A stretch of 64,000 nt of DNA from Eubacteriales bacterium (GCA_045128275.1 JBGVRH010000102.1:360-64359); one strand, 5' to 3'. Shown: positions 42,014 through 52,996, numbered from the stretch's first letter. The notes: a model not told the origin generated them from the letters alone. Program-made: numbers and translations.

Positions 42014-42907
42014 TCAATCCCTCTCCGTCGCCGCGAAGATCTCGTCCCTCACCCACTTTTGGAGCGCGGCCACCACCTCGGGTGCCTGTCTGCCCACGGG
42101 CTTGCCGTCGATCTCCACGCAGCGAAGCCCCGGTGCGGAGGAGGAAGAGATCAAGACTTCCTTGGCTCCCAGCAGCTCATCCACCGTAAAGGGGGTCTCG
42201 TTTACGGGGATCCCCAGGGCGTGGCAGGCGGTGATGAGGTGGGCGCGGGCGATGCCGGGGAGGATGAGGTTATCCAGCGGGGCGGTCTGGAACTCGCCCT
42301 TTTCATTGATGATGTGGACGTTGGAGTGGGCGCATTCGGTGACCCGCGTGGCCATACCGCCGCAGAAATTGCCTCCACAGCCGCTCTGACCGGGGGTGCG
42401 GTACAGGATAGCCTCATAGACCCCTGCGCGGGCGGCCTCCTGGCTGTACATCACGGCGGGGAGGAGGTTGAGGGTCTTGATGTGGCACTGGTGAAAGCGG
42501 ATATCCTCGCGGAGGATGGCCTTGACCTCCATGCCGATGTTCTTGATGGCCATGGGCTTCAGCACCACCCAGAATTTGCCCACCATATCCTCGGGGTAGG
42601 TGTGGTTGCGGGGCTGGGTGCCTCTGGTGATCTGGAAGTAGACCTGCTGCTCGGGGTCGTCCACGCGGCTCACGAGATCGCGGATCAGAGCCGCCATCTC
42701 CGCCTTTTCCATGGGGATCTTGATATCCACCATAGAAGCACTGCGGTAGAAGCGGTCGATGTGCTCCTCCAGGGCGAAGACCTTGTGGTTTCTCGTGAAG
42801 GTAGCCTCGTACACGCCGTCGCCGAAGTAATTGACTCGGTCGTTAAAGGGGACGGTCAGCTCGTCAAGGGGTGCGATTTTTCCGTTATAGTAGCCCAGAT
42901 TCTGCAT
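42014..42907 (-). CDS. Class IV (D-amino-acid / branched-chain) aminotransferase
   Basis: Motifs FGDGVYE and a catalytic-Lys region (CHIKTLNLLP), then ...TECAHSNV, ILPGI(A)R. Start set at MQNLGYYNG (cat at 42905-42907). Contains a Cys-rich insertion. Confidence 0.85.
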   Translation of the reverse strand: MQNLGYYNGKIAPLDELTVPFNDRVNYFGDGVYEATFTRNHKVFALEEHIDRFYRSASMVDIKIPMEKAEMAALIRDLVSRVDDPEQQVYFQITRGTQPRNHTYPEDMVGKFWVVLKPMAIKNIGMEVKAILREDIRFHQCHIKTLNLLPAVMYSQEAARAGVYEAILYRTPGQSGCGGNFCGGMATRVTECAHSNVHIINEKGEFQTAPLDNLILPGIARAHLITACHALGIPVNETPFTVDELLGAKEVLISSSSAPGLRCVEIDGKPVGRQAPEVVAALQKWVRDEIFAATERD

Positions 42908-43014
42908 GGTACAATGCCTTTCTCGGGGGTCTGCCCCGTGTGAAAATGTCAGGAGATGGAAACGGGGCATACCGTACGCGACCGGAGTACGGCTCACGGG
43001 TATGCCCCTGTGGG

Positions 43015-43521
43015 TCATGTTCTTTTCTTTTTGAAGACCAAAAGCTTGCTCAAATAGTAATTCGTTGCGATCACCACAGCCGACACGATCACCTTCGCCC
43101 ACAGCTCGGCATCCAGCTTGACTCCCAGCAAAGCGGGGGCGCTGTCGGGTGTCAGCCACAGGGCAAGCAGATGGATGAGACCGTAGGTGGCGGCCAGATC
43201 CAGAAGGAAGGTGAAAACGCGAGAGCCCGCGAAGAGCCACAGCTGATGCCACAGAGTGCCTTTGCCGTGATCAGCCTCGGTAAAGACCCATTTGCGGTTG
43301 GTGTAGAAGCAGGTGAGCAGGGCCACCAGCCATTGGAGGGCCTGGGCGGTGATGTAGGTCACCGTGTAGGCAAGAGTGGTCTTATCCTCCATGGAAATGT
43401 GAAGCCAGTGCTCGGCGATCCCAAAGACCGCCAGGTAGGTCAGGAAGGCCAGCACCGTCGTCCCGATGCCGAAGGCGAAGTACAGGATTACCTCGCGGCG
43501 GCGGCTGTGAGCGGGCTTCAT
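43015..43521 (-). CDS. GtrA family membrane protein
   Basis: Four TM helices and the motif NRKWVF. Confidence 0.8.
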   Translation of the reverse strand: MKPAHSRRREVILYFAFGIGTTVLAFLTYLAVFGIAEHWLHISMEDKTTLAYTVTYITAQALQWLVALLTCFYTNRKWVFTEADHGKGTLWHQLWLFAGSRVFTFLLDLAATYGLIHLLALWLTPDSAPALLGVKLDAELWAKVIVSAVVIATNYYLSKLLVFKKKRT

Positions 43522-43523
43522 GA

Positions 43524-43994
43524 TCAGCTGTCGGCCCGGGAAGCCTCAGCCTCGGCCGCGGCCTCACGGCGGGTCTTGCGGAAGACCAGGAGCTTACTGA
43601 TGAAGTAGTTGAGGATGATGACCAGCACGGCGGCAATGACCTTGAAGAGGTACTCGTTGAGTCCCAGCCAGGTGCAGAATACACCCATGATGGCCTCCTG
43701 CAACAGGAGGGTCAGCACGCGCCCGCCCGCGAAGGCGGCGATCTCACAGACAACGGGGAAGAATCCCTTGCGCTTGCTCTCAAAGACCCAGATGCGGTTG
43801 GTCACGTAGGCGAAGGTCACGGCGGCGACCCAGGCGATGACGTTGGCTCCGTGAAGGAGGATGGGGGTGGCATCGATGGCATCCCCCCAGAAGTAGTAGA
43901 GCAGGAAGGACACGCTCCAATCGATCACGGTGGTCATACCGCCGAAGATGATGTAGAGAATGACGCTCTTGTGCTTTTTCAGAAATTCCAGCAT
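43524..43994 (-). CDS. GtrA family membrane protein
   Basis: Four TM helices and the motif NRIWVFES. Tandem paralog of the previous gene. Confidence 0.8.
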   Translation of the reverse strand: MLEFLKKHKSVILYIIFGGMTTVIDWSVSFLLYYFWGDAIDATPILLHGANVIAWVAAVTFAYVTNRIWVFESKRKGFFPVVCEIAAFAGGRVLTLLLQEAIMGVFCTWLGLNEYLFKVIAAVLVIILNYFISKLLVFRKTRREAAAEAEASRADS

Positions 43995-44018
43995 ATTGAG
44001 ATTCCTTTAACTGACGGA

Positions 44019-45494
44019 TCAGTTGATCTTGTAGGTAGTGCCCTGGGGGGTATCGATCAGGGTAACGCCCTTAGCGGCCAGCTCGTCGCGGATGCGGTCG
44101 GCCTCGGCGAAGTTCTTCTCCTTCTTGGCGGCCTTGCGGGCGTCGATGGCGGCCAGGATCTCGGCCACAAAGGGATCAGCGGCGGCGGCGGCGCGCTCGG
44201 CCTCGGCGGCGGCCTGCTTGGCGGCATCATGAGCGGCCTTTTCGGCGGCCAGCTTGTCGCGCAGAGTAGCGGCGCGATCCAGAAGCCCCACGGAGAGGAC
44301 GGTATCGAAGTCAGCCAGTACAGCCAGCTTGGTGGCATCGCTGACCTTGGCCTTCAGCACATCATAGATGGCGGTGACGGCCAGGGAGGTGTTCAGATCG
44401 TTGTCCAGAGCCTTGACGAAGCCCTCCTTGAGGGTGGCGGCGGCGGTCTCGTCCACCTCGCCCTTGGCGGGATCCAGAGCGGCGATGCGGGCGATCAGCT
44501 TATTGTATGCCACGGCGGCGTTGTCCATGTTCTCCCAGGAGAATACCAGGGACTTGCGGTAGTGGGACTGGAGGCAGAAGAAGCGGTAGACCATGGGATC
44601 GTAGCCCTTCTCCTCCAAGAGGGAGACGGTGAGGAACTCGCCCTTGGACTTGGACATCTTGCCCCCCGTGGTGTTCAGGTGCAGGACGTGTACCCAGTAT
44701 TTGCACCAGGGATGGCCGATATAGGCCTCGGACTGGGCGATCTCGTTGGTGTGGTGGGGGAATGCGTTGTCGATACCGCCGCAGTGGATATCCAGATGCT
44801 CACCCAGATACTTCATGGAGATACCCGAGCACTCGATGTGCCAGCCGGGGTAGCCCACGCCCCAGGGGGAGGGCCACTTCAGCTCCTGGTCGTCGAACTT
44901 GGACTTGGTGAACCACAGCACGAAGTCGGCCTTGTTGCGCTTATTGCCGTCGGCCTCCACGCCCTCGCGGACACCCACGTCCAGATCCTCCTCCTTGAAA
45001 TCGTTGAAGATGTAGTACTTCTCCAGCTTGGAGGTGTCGAAGTAGATGTTGCCGCCCGCCTCGTAGGCGTAGCCCTTCTCCATGAGGGTATCGATGAGGT
45101 GGATGTACTCGTCAATGCAACCCGTGGCGGGCTGGACGATATCGGGGGTCTTGATGTTGAGCTTCTCGCAGTCGGCAAAGAAGGCATCGGTGTAGAACTT
45201 GGCGATCTCCATGACCGTCTTCTTCTCGCGGCGGGCACCCTTGAGCATCTTGTCCTCGCCCTCGTCGGCGTCCGAGGACAGGTGTCCCACGTCGGTGATG
45301 TTCATGACACGGGTCACGTCGTAGCCGGCGTAGCGGAGGTACTTCTCCAGCACGTCCTCCATCATGTAGGTGCGGAGGTTGCCGATGTGGGCGAAGTGGT
45401 AGACCGTGGGGCCGCAGGTGTACATGCTGACCTTGCCGGGAGTATGGGGGATGAATTCTTCCTTCTGGTGAGTTGCGGAATTGTAGAGTTGCAT
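44019..45494 (-). CDS. cysS: Cysteine--tRNA ligase
   Basis: HIGN (HIGH-type) motif, KMSKS, and zinc ligands CGPTVY...C...H..E. Confidence 0.95.
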   Translation of the reverse strand: MQLYNSATHQKEEFIPHTPGKVSMYTCGPTVYHFAHIGNLRTYMMEDVLEKYLRYAGYDVTRVMNITDVGHLSSDADEGEDKMLKGARREKKTVMEIAKFYTDAFFADCEKLNIKTPDIVQPATGCIDEYIHLIDTLMEKGYAYEAGGNIYFDTSKLEKYYIFNDFKEEDLDVGVREGVEADGNKRNKADFVLWFTKSKFDDQELKWPSPWGVGYPGWHIECSGISMKYLGEHLDIHCGGIDNAFPHHTNEIAQSEAYIGHPWCKYWVHVLHLNTTGGKMSKSKGEFLTVSLLEEKGYDPMVYRFFCLQSHYRKSLVFSWENMDNAAVAYNKLIARIAALDPAKGEVDETAAATLKEGFVKALDNDLNTSLAVTAIYDVLKAKVSDATKLAVLADFDTVLSVGLLDRAATLRDKLAAEKAAHDAAKQAAAEAERAAAAADPFVAEILAAIDARKAAKKEKNFAEADRIRDELAAKGVTLIDTPQGTTYKIN

Positions 45495-45523
45495 AGTCTT
45501 GCCTTTCTATGTTCAGAGGTAAT

Positions 45524-46453
45524 TTACATAAGGGTTGCCAATCTCTTGGCGGCGTATACGGCGCGGGCCGCGTGGGAGAGCCTCACCGAGCGATCGGCGG
45601 GGAGGTCGGAGGTCTTCAGCTCCAGGTTGATACATCGGTTGGAGGTGGTCAGGAAGTCGCTCAGGCGCAGTCCCTCGGCGGCATCCTCCCAGTCCACGCA
45701 CCCGCCCAGGGGGGTGGCTTCGGGACACTCGAAGGGAATGCGGTGGGAGTCATTGACTCCGTCGTTATCGTGGATGTGCAGACATCGCACCTTCCCGCGG
45801 AGCTTTTCCAGCTCGACGGACTGGCAGAGTCCCGTGATGTTGGCGTGACCGAAGTCCCAGCACACCATGGTATCCAACCTCTCGGCCAGATCCAATATAT
45901 CGGCGGCGGTACTGCCAAAGACGGCTTCGGAGGGGTGAGTGGCATAGGGCTTGCCCGTCATGTTCTCGATGCACAGGGTGATCCCCAGCTTGCCCGCCAG
46001 CTCCCGCAGGGGGGTGAGGAAGCGGATATTTTCATCCAGCCATACGTCCCTGCATCGTTTGCTTTCGTGCCGCACGATGGGGTGGATCACCGCGTCGGGG
46101 ATCTTCAGCATGGCCGCCATGCGGATACCACAGGCGATCTCCCGGGAGAACCGAGCCATCGCCGCCATATCGTCGGGGTTCGGCATGAAGTAGGGCAGGT
46201 GACACATGGGGATGGTCAGCCCTCTTGCCGCGGCGCGGTTGCCGAAGCTGTACAGCACGGATCGGAGGATATCGTCGCCGTCGGGCTCCAGCTGATCCAA
46301 AGACAGATCCACGCCGTCAAAGCCCGCGTCCGCGAGAAAATCCGCGGCGGCGGTCAGGGAGTATTTGCTCCCGTTTGAAGCGTAGGCATGGTAGCGGGTG
46401 GGCACCGTCACGAAGACGCGCTCGCCGCTTGCCGTTATGATTCCGTTGGCCAT
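45524..46453 (-). CDS. Sugar phosphate isomerase/epimerase (xylose isomerase-like TIM barrel)
   Basis: 309 aa with ..CIENM.., ..WDFGHAN.., ..HIHDNDG..D.H. RBS gaaaggagg. Confidence 0.8.
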   Translation of the reverse strand: MANGIITASGERVFVTVPTRYHAYASNGSKYSLTAAADFLADAGFDGVDLSLDQLEPDGDDILRSVLYSFGNRAAARGLTIPMCHLPYFMPNPDDMAAMARFSREIACGIRMAAMLKIPDAVIHPIVRHESKRCRDVWLDENIRFLTPLRELAGKLGITLCIENMTGKPYATHPSEAVFGSTAADILDLAERLDTMVCWDFGHANITGLCQSVELEKLRGKVRCLHIHDNDGVNDSHRIPFECPEATPLGGCVDWEDAAEGLRLSDFLTTSNRCINLELKTSDLPADRSVRLSHAARAVYAAKRLATLM

Positions 46454-46491
46454 AGGTCATCCTCCTTTCGGCAGAAATTATAATCCATATT

Positions 46492-46520
46492 ATTATAGCA
46501 CGAAATGAAGGATTTGTCAA
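46492..46520 (-). promoter_or_regulatory. Sigma-A promoter of the TIM-barrel/cysS/GtrA operon
   Basis: Minus strand reads TTGACA, a 17-nt spacer and TATAAT. Confidence 0.55.
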
Positions 46521-46640
46521 ATGGTTTTGGGGAACAGACGGTATTTTTCCAAAAAAATTCATGGCATTGGGGGAGAATTCCGTGACACACTATGGATAGG
46601 AGTGATCTCCACTCCAAAAACCGAAAGGAATATTCCAACC

Positions 46641-47180
46641 ATGTCCGATACCAACCACACCGCTACCCCCGTAGAAACCGCCAACGAGGTGGTCACTGCC
46701 GAGGTCAAGGTCGCCCAGAACAGCCACGATCATGAAAACAAGCTCTCACCCGCCGCCGAAAAGCTGGCCGAGGAGCTGTACAAGAACATGTCCATGGGCT
46801 GTGACGCCTACCTGGATATGCTCCCCCGGGTGGAGGATAACCGCCTCAAAACCGACATCACCGCCGCCATGTGCTACTATGAGAAGACCATCGGCAAGGT
46901 CAAGCAGTACCTCCTCGACCACGGCGCCGAGCCCGCCGAGCGGGGCATGATGGCCAAGATGGCCACCAAGGCGGGGATCGCCATGAACACCGCCATGGAT
47001 AACAGTAACAGCCACATCACCGAGATGCTCATCGAGGGAGCCACCATGTCGGTCACCACCGCCGAGAAGCTGGCCAACCATGCGGAGGGAAAACCCGACT
47101 GCCGCGAGCTGGTGGAGATCTGCCGCGACTGGGCGAAGTTCGAGCAGAATCATATTGATGCGCTGAAGAAGTATCTGTAA
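46641..47180 (+). CDS. Hypothetical protein (179 aa), predicted helical bundle
   Basis: RBS gaaagga upstream of the ATG at 46641. Codon usage is typical for the window. No family recognised. Confidence 0.65.
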   Translation: MSDTNHTATPVETANEVVTAEVKVAQNSHDHENKLSPAAEKLAEELYKNMSMGCDAYLDMLPRVEDNRLKTDITAAMCYYEKTIGKVKQYLLDHGAEPAERGMMAKMATKAGIAMNTAMDNSNSHITEMLIEGATMSVTTAEKLANHAEGKPDCRELVEICRDWAKFEQNHIDALKKYL

Positions 47181-47216
47181 AGAAAAGAAGGGCTACTCCT
47201 TGGGGGGTAGTCCTTC

Positions 47217-47401
47217 AAATTTGGGTTTGGCGGTGGGTTCTTTTAGCGGTCATCCTGAGCGGAGCCGCAACGCGGCGGAGTCGAAGGATCTCAAAAACTC
47301 CCTGACAGATTTGGCAAAACGGGGCAAGGGATCCTTCGACTCCGCTTCGCTCCGCTCAGGATGACAAATCAATGAAAGACCGCTAAACCCCAATTTACAA
47401 T
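47217..47401. repeat. MITE-like palindromic element, family 2, copy 2
   Basis: Same core as 40089-40270, with termini caaatttgggtttggcgg and ccgctaaaccccaatttaca. The right terminus overlaps the lipase stop codon. Confidence 0.85.
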
Positions 47402-48828
47402 CCCCTCTCCTTCAACTCCTCCACCAGCCCCACATAAAACTCCCGCACGTCGAACTCCTCGATATTCTCGCGGTTGAGATCGATCATATCCCCGTGGGAG
47501 ATGCCTCGATCCCCCTTGGGGGTCAGAAGGGTGTACTTCTCCCCGAAGGCAAAGGAGGTCTCGGAGACAAGGCCGTCGTTGGGGCCGTCAAAGAAGCGGA
47601 CGATGGGGTAGGCTACGTTCATGGGAAAGCGGCCGCCCCTGGCGCGGGGCATGAGTGAGCCCACGCTCTGGCAGTAGATATCCATCAGCGGCGCGGGGTT
47701 GTACTCTCCCGCCAGGTGGGGTGCCAGAGCGGCGCAGCCCGTGGCGGTGAGATCGCGGATGGCAGCCATGAAGTCGGGATCGGGATCCCCCAGCTTCTTC
47801 GCGGCCTTGTTGTAGGTGTCCGCGATCTTATCCTTGATGGGATCCGAGAAGGTCTTCAGCATGAAATCCACGAAAATACAACCCTTGTGGGGGGTGTTGA
47901 CCGTGGTCAGGGAGGCGACTAAGGGGGCAATGCCGTGATTTTGCAGGGCGTAGCGCATATCCAGACCGCCCTTGGAGTGGGCGATGACATTGACCTTCTC
48001 ACAGCCCGTCTCGGCCACGATGTCACGGATGCGCTGTGCCAGCTCCTCGGCGCAATCGGCCACGGAGGCGGCGGAGTGCTGGTGACCGTAGAAGACGGTC
48101 GCGCCGTTGACGGTCAGATCGTCGGGGATGCGCCCCCAGTAGTTCAGGGTCTTGGAGTCGCGGAAGAAGACACCGTGCACCAGCAGAATGGGGTACTTGG
48201 TAGCGCAGACCCGCTCCTCGCGGCGGGCGTTGTTGCGGAGGATACGGGCGCACTCCACCTCCACCTCGACCTCCACCACCCGCATGATGCGGCGCAGGAC
48301 AATGAGCTGGGCAATGGGGATCAGACCGCACAGGGCGCCGATGACCCGCCAACGGATGCCCAGCTGCACCGAGAATACGTACAGGCAGGTCATGCCGTTC
48401 CAGAACGCCACCGACAAAACTCCCACGGCGATGGCCGCCGAGATGAGCCAGTCGGCCCACCGTCCCGTCCAAAGCAGGGGCAGACGGATGAGGTGGTAGA
48501 CCACCGAAATGCCCGTGGCGAGCAGGAAGATATGGAGCATCTCCACTCCATGGGCGCAGGAGCGGAGGGTGTAGCGGGAGTGGCTGGGAGAGAAGAAGCT
48601 CCGCTTGCCGTCCAGGGGCTTGGGGATCGTGCGGTATAGAATAAAGGGCAGGGCGTTGCAGAGCAGGAACAACGGAACGAGGGCGCAAAGAAGCTCTACG
48701 GGAAGAATACCGTCCCTCATGGGCACAAAGCAGACCGCCCCCAAAGCAATGACCGCTGCCGACAGGATACGGGCGGCGTAGAGCAGGACGTGGGACGGTT
48801 CGTATGTAGGGTTGCATTTCAAAGACAT
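47395..48828 (-). CDS. Membrane-anchored alpha/beta-hydrolase (triacylglycerol lipase-like)
   Basis: The N-terminal ~200 aa carry multiple TM helices. The C-terminal domain has the nucleophile elbow AHSKGG. Start set at MSLKCNP (cat at 48826-48828). Confidence 0.8.
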   Translation of the reverse strand: MSLKCNPTYEPSHVLLYAARILSAAVIALGAVCFVPMRDGILPVELLCALVPLFLLCNALPFILYRTIPKPLDGKRSFFSPSHSRYTLRSCAHGVEMLHIFLLATGISVVYHLIRLPLLWTGRWADWLISAAIAVGVLSVAFWNGMTCLYVFSVQLGIRWRVIGALCGLIPIAQLIVLRRIMRVVEVEVEVECARILRNNARREERVCATKYPILLVHGVFFRDSKTLNYWGRIPDDLTVNGATVFYGHQHSAASVADCAEELAQRIRDIVAETGCEKVNVIAHSKGGLDMRYALQNHGIAPLVASLTTVNTPHKGCIFVDFMLKTFSDPIKDKIADTYNKAAKKLGDPDPDFMAAIRDLTATGCAALAPHLAGEYNPAPLMDIYCQSVGSLMPRARGGRFPMNVAYPIVRFFDGPNDGLVSETSFAFGEKYTLLTPKGDRGISHGDMIDLNRENIEEFDVREFYVGLVEELKERGL

Positions 48829-48957
48829 GGAAAACGCCTCCTTTTGGCGGGTTTCGGGGGTGTTACATGGGTGTAACCCCCGCAGAAAAGCGCAAAACGG
48901 CACACCGCTTCCCTTCCCGCTTCGGGGGGATCGCGGCATACCGTTTTGATGTGGGTA

Positions 48958-49386
48958 TCAGATCATGGTCTCCCGCAGGGCCTTCATGGCGGCACGCAGG
49001 ACGATCTTATCATTCTCGTGGGTCAGGGAACGCTCGGCGTTATCCAGGGGAACCCACTCTACGTCGGCGATCTCGCCGTCGTGGGGATGGGTGGCCTTCT
49101 GGTCGGTCATGGCCATGAAGTAGACCACTTCCTTCTGAACGCCGGGCATGGGGCTGTAGTGTACCTTCTCGCAGAAGTCGGAGGTGATGCGGATCTTCAC
49201 CGCGGTCTCCTCCTCCACCTCGCGGATGGCGGTCTGATGCTCAGTCTCCCCCGCCTCCACGTGTCCCTTGGGGAAGGAACGGTGTCCGCCGTGCTTGTGG
49301 CGGATCATGAGGATGTACATTCTTCCCGTCTTGGGATCCTGACGGAACACCAACGCTCCGCAGGACTTTTCATATTTCAATGCCAT
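48958..49386 (-). CDS. NUDIX hydrolase
   Basis: Nudix box GHVEAGETEHQTAIREVEEETAV. Confidence 0.9.
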   Translation of the reverse strand: MALKYEKSCGALVFRQDPKTGRMYILMIRHKHGGHRSFPKGHVEAGETEHQTAIREVEEETAVKIRITSDFCEKVHYSPMPGVQKEVVYFMAMTDQKATHPHDGEIADVEWVPLDNAERSLTHENDKIVLRAAMKALRETMI

Positions 49387-49431
49387 GCTTGCTCCTCCTT
49401 TCGGGATGCATTTTTGAGGATTCCCCCGGCT

Positions 49432-52400
49432 TTACTGGGGGATCTCCTCCATGACGAAGGCCTCGAGGACATCGCCGACCTTGATGTCGTTGAAGCGATC
49501 CAGTCCGACACCGCACTCGTAGCCGTCAGCGACCTCCTTCACGTCGTCCTTGAAGCGGCGCAGAGAGGAGATCTTGTCCTCGAAGATCACGATACCGTCG
49601 CGGACGATACGAATCTGGGCGGAACGGACGATCTTACCGTCGGTGATGTAGGAACCGGCGATGGTACCCACGTTGGGCACGTGGATGGTCTGGCGAACCT
49701 CGGCGTGGCCCAGGATGCTCTCACGGAACTTGGGTGCCAGCATACCCTTCATAGCGGCCTCGATCTCCTCGATGCACTCGTAGATGACGCGGTAGGTACG
49801 GATCTCTACGTTCTGACGGTCGGCGGAGTCCATGGCCTGCTGATCGGGACGGACGTTGAAGCCAACGATGATGGCGTTGGAGGCGGCGGCGAAGGTGACG
49901 TCGCCCTCGGTGATACCGCCGCAGGCGGCATGGATGACGCGGACGCGAACCTCCTCGTTGGACAGCTTCTGGAGGGATGCCTTCACGGCCTCCACGGTAC
50001 CGTCCACGTCGGCCTTGACGATGATGTTCAGATCCTTCATACCGGAGGCCATCTGGCTGAACAGGTCATTGAGGTTGGCTCTTGCGTTGGCCTTGAAGAT
50101 CTCCTCCTTAGCCTCGGCGCGGCGCTTCTCGGCCAGCTCGCGGGCCATGCGCTCGTCGATAACGGCCTCGAACTCATCACCTGCATCCGGCACGTCGGCA
50201 AGACCGGTGATCTCAACGGGAACGGAGGGGCCTGCTATCTTGACGGAGCGGCCGGTGTGGTCGGTCATGACACGGACACGACCCACAGAGGTGCCGGCGA
50301 TGACGATATCGCCGTTATGCAGAGTACCGTTCTGCACCAGGACGGTGGCCACGGGGCCGCGACCCTTGTCCAGCTTGGCCTCGATGACGATACCCTTGGC
50401 GCGGCGGTCGGGGTTGGCCTTCAGCTCCTTGACCTCAGCCACCAGCAGGACGTTCTCCAGCAGATCGTCGATACCCATACCGGTCAGCGCGGACACGGGG
50501 ACGCAGATGACGTCGCCGCCCCACTCCTCGGGCACCAGATCGTACTTGGTCAGCTCCTGCTTGACGTTCTCAGGGTCAGCGGCGGGCTTATCCATCTTGT
50601 TGATGGCCACGATGATATCAATACCCGCGGCCTTGGCGTGGTTGATGGCTTCCACGGTCTGGGGCATGATGCCGTCGTCAGCGGCGACCACCAGAATGGC
50701 AATATCGGTTGCCTGGGCACCGCGGGCACGCATGGCGGTGAAGGCCTCGTGACCGGGGGTATCCAGGAAAGTGATGTCCTGACCGTTGATCTCAACGCGG
50801 TACGCACCGATGTGCTGGGTAATACCGCCTGCCTCGCCTGCGGTGACGCGGGTGTGGCGGATGGCATCCAGAAGGGAGGTCTTACCGTGGTCAACGTGAC
50901 CCATAACGCACACGACGGGGGCGCGGGGCTTGAGCTGATCGGCGGTATCCTCGGTGGTATCGAAGAGCTTCTCCTCGATGGTAACGACCACTTCCTTCTC
51001 CACCTCAGCTCCCAGCTCCTCGGCCACGAGAGCGGCGGTGTCAAAGTCCACGGTCTGGTTGACGGTGACCATCATGCCCATGAGCATGAGGCGCTTGACC
51101 ACCTCACCGACGGTGACCTTCAGACGGGAGGCCAGATCACTGACCACGATCTCGTCGGGGATCTCCACCTTGAGGGGCTGCTTCTTCACGGGAGCCTGCT
51201 TCTTGCCGGGCACGGGCTTGCCGCCCTTCATCATGGGCTTCTGGCCGGGCTTGGTTCCCTGCTGCTGGGTATTCTTCTTGGTGAGCTTCTGGTTACCGTG
51301 GGACTCCTGCACGCGCTCGGAGACGAAGGTATCCAGCTTCTCATCGTACTTGGACAGATCCACGGAATCGCCTACGCGGGTATCCACCACACGGGTCGCG
51401 CCGCGGGGCTTGGACTGCTCCACGCCGCCCTTGGGGGTCTGGCCGCGGACGATGGCCTGTACCTGGAAATGCTCCTTGGGAGCGGACTGGACGAAATCGC
51501 CCTTATCACGGTCACCGCCCATGCCGCCGCGCTCGTTACGGCCGCCCTGGGGACGGTTGCCTGCGCGGTCTCCGCGGTCTCCGCGGTTGTCGGGTCTCTG
51601 CTGACCGCCGAAGGGAGCGCGATCCTGACTGAAGCGGTCGCTCTGGGCGGGACGGGTCTCGGGTCTCTGGCCCATAGCGGGACGGTCACCCTGAGGACGG
51701 TCGCCCTGGGGACGGTCACCCTGAGGACGCTCGGGGCGCTGGCCCTGGGGAGCCTGGGCGGGACGCTGACCCTCGGTACGCTGAGGAGCGGGACGCTCAC
51801 CCTGGGGACGCTCGGGACGGGTCTCGGGGCGCTGACCCTGAGCCGCGGGCTTCTGAGCCTGCTGTGCGGGCTGTGCGGGCTTGGCGTCCTTGGTATCCTT
51901 GGCGGGAGTATTCTCCTTCTTCTGGGGCTTGGCAGGCTGAACACCCTTGATGGCGTTCTCCTTGGCGGCGGCCTCAGCGGCACGGCGTGCCTCTGCCTTT
52001 GCCTTTGCCTCAGCGGCAGCCTTCTCCAGGGCGGCGCGCTCGAATGCCTTGCGGTCAGCCTCCTTGCGGGAAGCGGCCTCAGCGGCCAGACGCTCTGCCT
52101 CGGCGGCGGCGCGCTCGGCGGCCTCCTTGGCGGCCTTAGCCTCGGCGGCGGCCTTTTCGGCAGCCTCGTGGGCAGCCTTCTCTCTGGCCTCGCGCTCTGC
52201 GGCCTCACGGGCGGCCTTCTCGGCGGCAGCCTTCTCGGCGGCTACGCGGGCGGCCTCACGCTCGGCAGCCTCACGGGCCTCCCTCTCCGCCTTCTCGCGG
52301 GCAGCCTTCTCGGCAGCCTTGGCAGCGGCGATCTTGGAGGGAATACAGGTCTTGCCGTCCATGTAATCATAAATGTTGTCAACCTGATTCGCCTCGGTCA

Positions 52401-52557
52401 GGGCTTGGAACAGTACGTTGAATTCCTGCTCGGTCAGGGTCTTCTGGCTCTTGACCTCGCCAACGCCCTTTTCTGCCAGCAGGTCGGTCAGCTCCTTGCT
52501 CTTCAGACCCATGTCCTTTGCCATCTGGTTAATTTTAAATTGGGGATTGAATGCCAT
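49432..52557 (-). CDS. infB: Translation initiation factor IF-2 (1041 aa, expanded low-complexity N-terminus)
   Basis: G-domain [20 protein letters not shown] and NKMD, with conserved C-terminal domains. The N-terminus is rich in A/E/K/R and contains QGDRP repeats. Confidence 0.97.
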   Translation of the reverse strand: MAFNPQFKINQMAKDMGLKSKELTDLLAEKGVGEVKSQKTLTEQEFNVLFQALTEANQVDNIYDYMDGKTCIPSKIAAAKAAEKAAREKAEREAREAAEREAARVAAEKAAAEKAAREAAEREAREKAAHEAAEKAAAEAKAAKEAAERAAAEAERLAAEAASRKEADRKAFERAALEKAAAEAKAKAEARRAAEAAAKENAIKGVQPAKPQKKENTPAKDTKDAKPAQPAQQAQKPAAQGQRPETRPERPQGERPAPQRTEGQRPAQAPQGQRPERPQGDRPQGDRPQGDRPAMGQRPETRPAQSDRFSQDRAPFGGQQRPDNRGDRGDRAGNRPQGGRNERGGMGGDRDKGDFVQSAPKEHFQVQAIVRGQTPKGGVEQSKPRGATRVVDTRVGDSVDLSKYDEKLDTFVSERVQESHGNQKLTKKNTQQQGTKPGQKPMMKGGKPVPGKKQAPVKKQPLKVEIPDEIVVSDLASRLKVTVGEVVKRLMLMGMMVTVNQTVDFDTAALVAEELGAEVEKEVVVTIEEKLFDTTEDTADQLKPRAPVVCVMGHVDHGKTSLLDAIRHTRVTAGEAGGITQHIGAYRVEINGQDITFLDTPGHEAFTAMRARGAQATDIAILVVAADDGIMPQTVEAINHAKAAGIDIIVAINKMDKPAADPENVKQELTKYDLVPEEWGGDVICVPVSALTGMGIDDLLENVLLVAEVKELKANPDRRAKGIVIEAKLDKGRGPVATVLVQNGTLHNGDIVIAGTSVGRVRVMTDHTGRSVKIAGPSVPVEITGLADVPDAGDEFEAVIDERMARELAEKRRAEAKEEIFKANARANLNDLFSQMASGMKDLNIIVKADVDGTVEAVKASLQKLSNEEVRVRVIHAACGGITEGDVTFAAASNAIIVGFNVRPDQQAMDSADRQNVEIRTYRVIYECIEEIEAAMKGMLAPKFRESILGHAEVRQTIHVPNVGTIAGSYITDGKIVRSAQIRIVRDGIVIFEDKISSLRRFKDDVKEVADGYECGVGLDRFNDIKVGDVLEAFVMEEIPQ

Positions 52558-52639
52558 ATTTCCTCCTAATGCTCTTCCCTGCCCCCTTGGTGGAGGGTCA
52601 GGTTGATGCCCTGTCGGGCTATGAGAATGGGGTCACTTG

Positions 52640-52996
52640 TCAGGTATTGGCAGGCTCGCTCCCGTCTCCCTGGGGCAGATGGGGGATCAGAGCCTTGCAC
52701 AGATTTTCGTCGGTCACGCCGACGGCGGCGACGGCTCCCGTCTTTCCGACGGCCTTGCCCAGTCGCGCGGTATCCGCCGAGAGGCGGTAGAGAGGCACTT
52801 GGTAGTAAGCGCACTTATCGGACAGCTTTTTATGGGTGTTCTCGGAGGTATCCGATGCCTCCAGCACCATAAGGATGGGGGGCTTGCCGCTTCGCAGGGT
52901 CTCGCAGACCATGGGGGTTCCCATGACCAGCTTGCGGGCGCGGGCGCAGAGCCCAACGGTGGAGAGGAGCTTATCCTCGGGGGTGAGGGTACTCAT
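52640..52996 (-). CDS. ylxQ: L7Ae/YlxQ family RNA-binding protein
   Basis: Sits between ylxR and infB. Pattern GLCARARKLVMG...ASD.S.NT.KK. Confidence 0.8.
   Translation of the reverse strand: MSTLTPEDKLLSTVGLCARARKLVMGTPMVCETLRSGKPPILMVLEASDTSENTHKKLSDKCAYYQVPLYRLSADTARLGKAVGKTGAVAAVGVTDENLCKALIPHLPQGDGSEPANT

Noticed and set aside
45495-45523. Expected T-box leader upstream of cysS
   Set aside because: Only about 30 nt separate cysS from the preceding TIM-barrel gene, so there is no room for a leader. cysS appears to be co-transcribed from the promoter at 46492-46520.
48946-52569. 1207-aa ORF on the plus strand, the longest in the track
   Set aside because: It lies exactly antisense to infB, whose product has unmistakable IF-2 G-domain motifs. 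The plus-strand translation is low-complexity G/L/A/V-rich, typical of a stop-poor antisense frame in GC3-rich genes. It has no RBS.
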